Shown: positions 55,867 to 64,000 of the stretch, piece after piece
Layout of the letters: each line of letters opens with the position of its first letter
Numbering within the stretch: the stretch's first letter is position 1
DNA from: the human T2T-CHM13v2.0 reference genome, Homo sapiens
Strand: one strand, 5' to 3'
DNA length: 64,000 nt
NCBI RefSeq assembly: GCF_009914755.1
Contig: NC_060926.1
The notes under the pieces: model-generated
The model's input: only the letters and a program-made list of their open reading frames with translations
What the model was told of the DNA's origin: nothing
The model's database searches: none
Translations under genes and position numbers: made by a program

Positions 55867-57693
55867 CTGTTTTATTTCCCCCCACTAAGAAAGCCATTGT
55901 TAAAGCTAAGATCCCTTTTACATTCTTCCCTTTGCCAGACAAGTAATTTCTAGACCGAGATCTAAACCAGTAACACAGAATACCTAATAAGCAAATCATG
56001 ATTATGATGGAATTTTCAACAGAATATCACTACCAGTACAGCTAAAAGTTTTTCTTGTTTAATCATTTCAAATCCACTGAAGCATTAGCTATACAATGAT
56101 TAGAACACATCTTTCCTAAGTATAAAGTGTTTTCTTCACTCTATCACATTTATCATTTTAATTATTGTTTTCATCCACCAACAATGATTTAAGTTACAGA
56201 AAAATACTATGATGCATCTCTCACCTTTAAGCTTCTGGTCAGTACCAAGTAAAATTGAAACTAAGCCAGTATTTTGTAAATTGCATCAGTGTAGATAATT
56301 CATGTTTTATGAAGATTAGACTTGTATAGAAAGTTGTTTTAAAATTATTACATTTAATTAGTTGCTAAAGTATATTTTAAATAATATATTATAGAGTAAG
56401 CTTCAAAGAGTGTTCACACACATTTGCAACAAATCCAGAAAGTGTGGGTAAAGAGTTTTTTGGGCTCAATTTAAAAGGCAATAAAATGAGATCAAGTTAA
56501 CAAAGAAAACATATGTATTTACTTAGCTATACAAATTTTAGGTTATTTTATTAGTATGTTCATATGATACAAATTCTTTCTAAAAACCATCTCAATACAA
56601 CTTCGTAAGGTGCCTCATTGCATGAGTGGGAGAGTGAGGAAGGAAGAAACCAACACTGACCATTTATTTTTGTTTCATTTTCTTCTATATTAGCATTCAT
56701 ATTTTATGTGTGCACTTCCTTTGAAAATTGCAATTTGTTTAGCTTTCAGCCACTTTAAAGATTAGAACCATATCTTATCCACTGAATTTTACAGTTAGTA
56801 TAAGACTGATTTTTGAGTAGTTTTAGGAGAAATAATAATCTCTCTTTTCCTGATTCTAGCAGATAAGGATACTATTGATTTATTAAAATGCCAATGCTAA
56901 TTGATAAATCCAAATATTGTTGGTCAAACGAACGGTACAACATTGAGATACTTGCAAAAAGTTTATATTCCTTCTAAAGAGAAATCTCTACCTAGGAATT
57001 TTTCAGATTGGGTATATGATGCAACTTTTATGACTGAAAGTTATCTTTTTGCTTGCTTTCTGTTGCAGATTTAAAGAAAGAATATAACTGCAACCATTCT
57101 GTGCTTATCAGACACCTATTTTCTCCAAACAGTCTTCCAAATGAAACAATACAGATCTATTAGTGTAATTATCGCATAAGGTCATTTACCACTTTATAAT
57201 TGCTGCAGGTTGTGAATGATGTATGAAATGAAAGCATCTGCAGTGCAAATAGAACATAGGCAAGAATGTGCTGTGTGCTAATTAGGTAACCATCTCATGA
57301 TAAGACCCTAGGGAAAGACAGAATGGCAAAATCCCACAGTGCTCTGCAGTCACAAGGCAAGAAAACATTCCTAAGGAGTTCAAAAATATATCCATTATTA
57401 AGTATAATCCTTTCCTCTCTTCAGAATCTCTGAGCTCTGTTCCCTGCGTGCACACAACCCTTCTGTCTCCTTCATCCTGTGCAATGCTAATCAAGCCCTG
57501 ACAGTCAAGAACCATTTGATTGTTGTGAGAACTGCTCTCTTTATTCACATTAAAAATTGAGGACTCAATCTTTTATTTGAAGAGTCTTGATAAGTTTCGG
57601 TATTTTACTGTGTTTTTTCCTGGCCCTTTCTATTGGCCTTTTTGTTTCGAGAATGGCACATTATGGAATAAGGATGTTAAGGCTCAGTCATTA

Positions 57694-58527
57694 TGATAGG
57701 GGACTATAGGGAAGGGAAAAGCATGGTCCCTTTAAATGGCACGAAGAGGGTAAGGGAAGTGCTGGGTAGAGAAGGGTGGTCTCTGGCTAGGGCTCCACCC
57801 CCACAGACCTTAGGTGAGGACAGGCATTTCCTGCCCAAATGTTGCATTTCCCAAGACCACCCTGGCCTGCCAGGCCCCCATCCTGGGCCTATAAAAACCC
57901 GAGACACTAGCAGGCACACACACATGGCTGGACGTTGTGAGGAACACATTGGCAGAAGACACAAGCAGCTGATCATGGAGAGCACACCTGGCGGAAGCAT
58001 GCGGACAGCCCCTGGTCGGCCTGATGGCAGACCATTCACCAGCAGAATGCCGCAGAGTTTGGCCAGAGCAGTCCGCCAGGCTAGGTGGCCAGACTCCAGG
58101 GGAAAACCATCTTTTTTCTGGCTCCCCTCTCTGCTGAGAGCTACTTCTACTAAAAAACAAAACAAAACAAAAAAAAAACCTTGCACTCATTCTCCAAGCC
58201 CACGTGTGATCCGATTCTTCAGTACACCAAGGCAAGAAACCCCCGGATACAGAATTCCTTCTGTCCTTGTGATAAGGAAGGGGGTCTAATTGAGCTGGTT
58301 AACACAAGCTGCCTATAGACGGCAAACTGAGAGAGAACCCTGTAACACACACCCACTGGGGCTTCAGGAGCTGTAAACATTCACCCCTAGACACTGCCGT
58401 GGGGTTGGAGCCACACAGCCTGCCTATCTGTATGCTGCCGTAGAGGTCTGAGCCGTAGGACACTGAAGAAGTGAGCCACAGTCCCATGGCAAGCCTTTCG
58501 AAGGGGACACGGGAAACTTGCGTTTCA
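57694..58527 (+). mobile_element. ERV1 solo LTR, LTR1-family (HUERS-P2-type)
   Basis: TG...CA termini (tgatag...gtttca), 4-bp TSD atta (57690-57693 and 58528-58531), TATAAAA at 57890, LTR1-like ggtccctttaaat and gcccaaatgttgcatttcccaagaccacc. Confidence 0.85.
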
Positions 58528-59489
58528 ATTACAGCCTCAACTTAGCGGGGAATGAATGAAGTTCATGTTACTTAAAGCAAAACCCTTCTTTCTTTATGCA
58601 GCAATCTAACAAATTTAGATAAAACGAAATACATAGGCCAGGAAAAAAATGTAATAACAAACTGAGTTCTTAATTCTTAAATATCCAGCTGAGTGTTTTA
58701 TGTGGGTGAACTACAAATTTCAAGAGTCTGACTGAAACTGAGCACCTGACAAATACATTGAACAATTTGACCAAATTAACCAGTTGGATGTTCTTTCTTC
58801 TCTGCTTTCACAATGCACTACTAAAAATGTTTGTTTAATTGTCAGCTGTCCCCATTTGGGTAGAGAGTATTTAATTCTATAAAGCTACCTACCAAAATGC
58901 ATAATCTATTCATTCTGTATACCAACAATTGCAATTACTTTCTCTTTATGTGTCTGTTTGCTATTTATATAATATTTTCCCCATATCTTGCTTTCTTCTT
59001 GAGTGCCACATGATGTACTTTTTATGATGTCACCCTGTCACTTCCCATTGCCACTCCAGTACAATGGGGTTACTATGAACTTGTCTTTAATGACAGCATT
59101 TGACCTTGTGGTTAGCTTCTTGCCTTTCTATTTACTGCTATTTGTGACTCATAAATGTTACTAATCAAATGTGTCTACATGCTTCACACAACAGATTCAA
59201 GATCTTTGGTAAACTACTCTAGTCTGGAACTTTTGTCTACACTGATTTTTTTCTGCCAATCTTCTAATTGATGGGGTCTTTGTCTTGATAAATTTTCTCT
59301 AGGTTTTTGCTACTTCATGGTTACTTAAATAAGCAGAACTTAATACTTAATGCTTACTGCTTTTTATTCTGTGGCATCAGTTTTTAGATTGTGAATGCAG
59401 TTTCCCAAATGTTGGTTGTTTATGCAGACAGGGTAAACATTTCTAAACTACATTTTTTATATGTCTCCTATAAGGGTTAGTCATTTTTT

Positions 59490-61085
<1,596 letters not shown>

Positions 61086-62599
61086 GCAGGACTGACCTTT
61101 ATTACATCTTGTGAATTCTACAACTTTTTGTCACTTTCATTCACTAAACCTGATTTTAGGCTAATTTAAAACTTTAGTTTCTATTTGATTCAAGAGAAGG
61201 ATCTGTGCCTTTTCCTTTTTCCGGCTACTTGAAGGGCATAAAGAATTTGAAGTAATGAGACTAGTATCTGGGTTTTCCTGTTAGGCTTGCTTCTTCTTTG
61301 GGGTCTGGCACCTCTGAGGTTGGAGGCAAGGAGGACAGTGAAGTAGAAAGGAGCTGCACGTCCATTTGGAGGTATCCCTGGTTTTCTTCCAGATCTTTAA
61401 TTCTTAGAAGGTTTTCTTGAAAATGGTATTTAGCTTTACCCCAAGACTCTGCCACATGGGAGGACTTCACAGAGGGGAAATCCTGGATTCCTTCAACCCT
61501 GGTGGTTCTCCACATCTACACTTTCTCTCTGGAAAAGCTTCACTTCACATGGGCTGCCCAACATAACTTTCCTCTCTTCTCACCTCTCACCTCCTCACAT
61601 CCTTCAGAGAGCCGTAAAAACTGACAGGTTTTCCCTCTTACACTCTAAGAGCTGAGGATAAGTAAGTTGACTTTGATTTGCTCCCATCTTCTTCATAGGC
61701 ATAATACATTATATTTGCCTTCAGAAATATGCAGATAAGAAGCAGAGACCAGGTCTAAGTTCATATTCTCCTTTGGTCATCAGGGAACATATCTCAACTC
61801 TCCCTCTTCCAAGAATACTGTTATAATTTGTGCTTCAATTTACTATAAATTTTATAACTTAGCAAGCATTCAACCAGGTAAGCAGATTTTCAGATTTTTT
61901 TTTCTTCTTTTCGGCACCTGCAATCTCCATGAATGATTCTCCTAAAGATTCATTCTTCTTTATCACTTCGCTTGTGTAGAGAGAACTACTTTACCATATA
62001 AATGATGCACTTTTCGAAAAATTTCTCTCCATTCTCTCCAATCATCTCACAAAGACTCCAGAGGAAGGTAAGATGGTGGCTCAGTGCCAATAGCAGTAGG
62101 AGTATATAGCCAGAAAATGAGCAAGTTTTCCAACAAAATTGTTGGAAGCTTGATTCTGTGGATCTTTGTGCAAAAAGATACCTTACTAAAAGAGCAAATG
62201 GGGACTAAAATCTATTCTGTTTAGTGCTGATGAAACCTCAGGTCATGGAGCAGAGCTACAGCTGTACAAGGGATGCCTCCTCTAATTCACTGTAAGTAGG
62301 TATGAGTTAGTGCTGCCATGCTTACAATTTTTCTTTTCATCCATGGGCCAATAGCATACTTCACAGGAATAGGAAACATCCCAATCAAAATCCTTTTACA
62401 CTATGTATATGCATACTCATATGACTTTCATGTTTATCAAGCCATTCTGGAGTCTACTTTAAATATCATTTAGCATTAGGGTGGAATTAACCTGTAAATA
62501 AATAAACCTTCCTTCATTCAACTGAAACTGATTGTGTATAATATTTGAAAGTTTCTATTATAGAAAAACAATAACAACAAAAAATAGTCATTTAAAAGA

Positions 62600-62825
62600 C
62601 TCAGGCAGCAGTGTGTAGAAACTCTAGTTCTGATATTTACTTACTAGATTACCTTGGACTATTTATTTAACTTCATTGAATTTTAGTGTGTTCAAGTATA
62701 AAGTGAAGCTCTTAATGCTTATTTCATGAGATTAATTTGAGACTTAGTGAAATAATTATGTAAAACATCTAGTATAATGTCTGGCAATATGATGCATGTA
62801 TAATAAGTGATGAGTATTTTTATTA
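62600..62825 (+). mobile_element. MIR
   Basis: acttactag...accttggac...atttaacttc...atgtaaaacatctagtataatgtctggca. Confidence 0.65.
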
Positions 62826-62874
62826 ACACTCACTGTATTTAATGAAGCCTTGAAAATTATGCCCTGATAATCAA

Positions 62875-62985
62875 CTTTGTTAAACTGTAAGCTATGTGAT
62901 GGTAGGAACCATGTCTTATTTATTTGCGTATATAATATCTGCCACATTGTAGGAAAACTATAAATACCTGATGAAATAAATGAAA
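62875..62985 (+). mobile_element. L2 3' tail
   Basis: actgtaagctatgtgatggtaggaaccatgtcttattta...ataaata...aataaatgaa. Confidence 0.65.
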
Positions 62986-63124
62986 GGGAATTCTTTGATG
63001 GAACTTAAAAGCAGCAGAGCCAAAGCACAACCAGATATTCAGTTACTCATTTTTCCACACCAATTGCTGGTAGCAAGCCACCAATTTACCAGCAAGCTGG
63101 TATCAATTTAAGGTAGCAAGCCAA

Positions 63125-63525
63125 CTTAAAACTTTGGTATTTAAAACAGCACAATATTCATTTTGCCTACAAATAACAATTTGGGCAGACCTTGGTTGGG
63201 ACTACATACTCTAGTTAGTGTCAGCTGGGGTTATTCAAAGCTGGGGGCCAGAATCCTTTGAAGGCTCACAAATTTACAAGCTGGTCTCTGGTCTAGAAAG
63301 ATTTAAATCGCTGAGAGCTGGACAACTTAGTAGCATTCCTCTTTATCTCTATGTGGTCTTTCCAGCCTGATGGCTTCTAGCTCAGAGCTTCCAAGGCATG
63401 AGTCCTGAGAGAGAAAATGCCAGGCAGAAGATGTACCATGACTGAGATCCACTTGCACTATATTCTCTTCATCAAGTTGTAGAACAGAACATATTATTGC
63501 GGACTGTTTTGAAAATACAATCTAT
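63125..63525 (-). mobile_element. Old MLT1 (H/I-type) LTR
   Basis: aatttgggcagaccttggttggg...tcagctgggg...ctctatgtggtctttccagc. Confidence 0.6.
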
Positions 63526-63859
63526 GAAAATCTCATTGGCAATATTGTTCTGTAATTGATCTAAGGTAATCTAACCAGCATTTTGTGACTAAGAGCAATG
63601 AAATACTTTGAGCATTATACCTTTCCTGTTTACAATGACAGTAATGCCTGCAAAATCCTAAGGCACATTTTCTTCAATACACCGTAAGTGCAGGTCATAA
63701 CAAGTCATAATTTTCCAGATATCTTTTCTCTGAACTCCTTGGTCAATTTAGGTGCTTACATTTGCCTCTATCTGCACACCTTCTGCTAGAATCAACATCC
63801 ACCGGTACACATCAAATTAAATATTCTGAATTTCATTGTTTATTCAACAATAACAACAA

Positions 63860-64000
63860 TCACAAAATAAAAACGGAAAATAAAAAATAAAGAGAGGGGG
63901 GAACTTATGGCTTGAAAGAGTCTTAAGAGACATGAAAACTATTTATAATAATAGACCTACTAGGTCCTTGATTTAAATAAACAAAAGAAAAAGGTTAGAT
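63860..64000 (+). mobile_element. L1MC/ME 3' fragment running off the window edge
   Basis: gggggaactt...gaaagagtcttaagagacat...ccttgatttaaataaac. Confidence 0.5.

Noticed and set aside
57693-58289. Longest ORF (198 aa) and overlapping antisense ORFs
   Set aside because: They lie within the GC-rich solo LTR, cross the A-rich microsatellite and show no recognisable domain; chance open frames.

Overview
AT-rich, CpG-depleted primate (human/great-ape) genomic DNA, either intergenic or deep inside a large intron. I found no credible protein-coding gene, RNA gene, CpG island or CRISPR array. The supplied ORFs are chance frames or decayed Alu, L1, MaLR and LTR frames. Most of the window is transposon debris: seven Alus, old L1M and L2 fragments, MIRs, five Tigger-family DNA transposons, several MLT1/MST/LTR40 LTRs, an ERV1 LTR1-type solo LTR, three THE1 (MaLR) proviruses retaining both LTRs, and a near-full-length L1PB that forms a four-layer nest. 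Repeat-poor islands (about 13.6-17.4, 21.3-21.6, 42.7-44.1, 52-55.3 and 58.6-59.2 kb) look like candidate non-coding regulatory sequence. I did not find a new biological system. The best observations are a young AluYc1-type insertion, an apparent templated copy between two neighbouring AluJ elements, the nested and deleted L1PB, templated-repair scars, and candidate enhancers. Subfamily names come from my memory of consensus sequences, not from a RepeatMasker/Dfam run, and boundaries of old elements are approximate.
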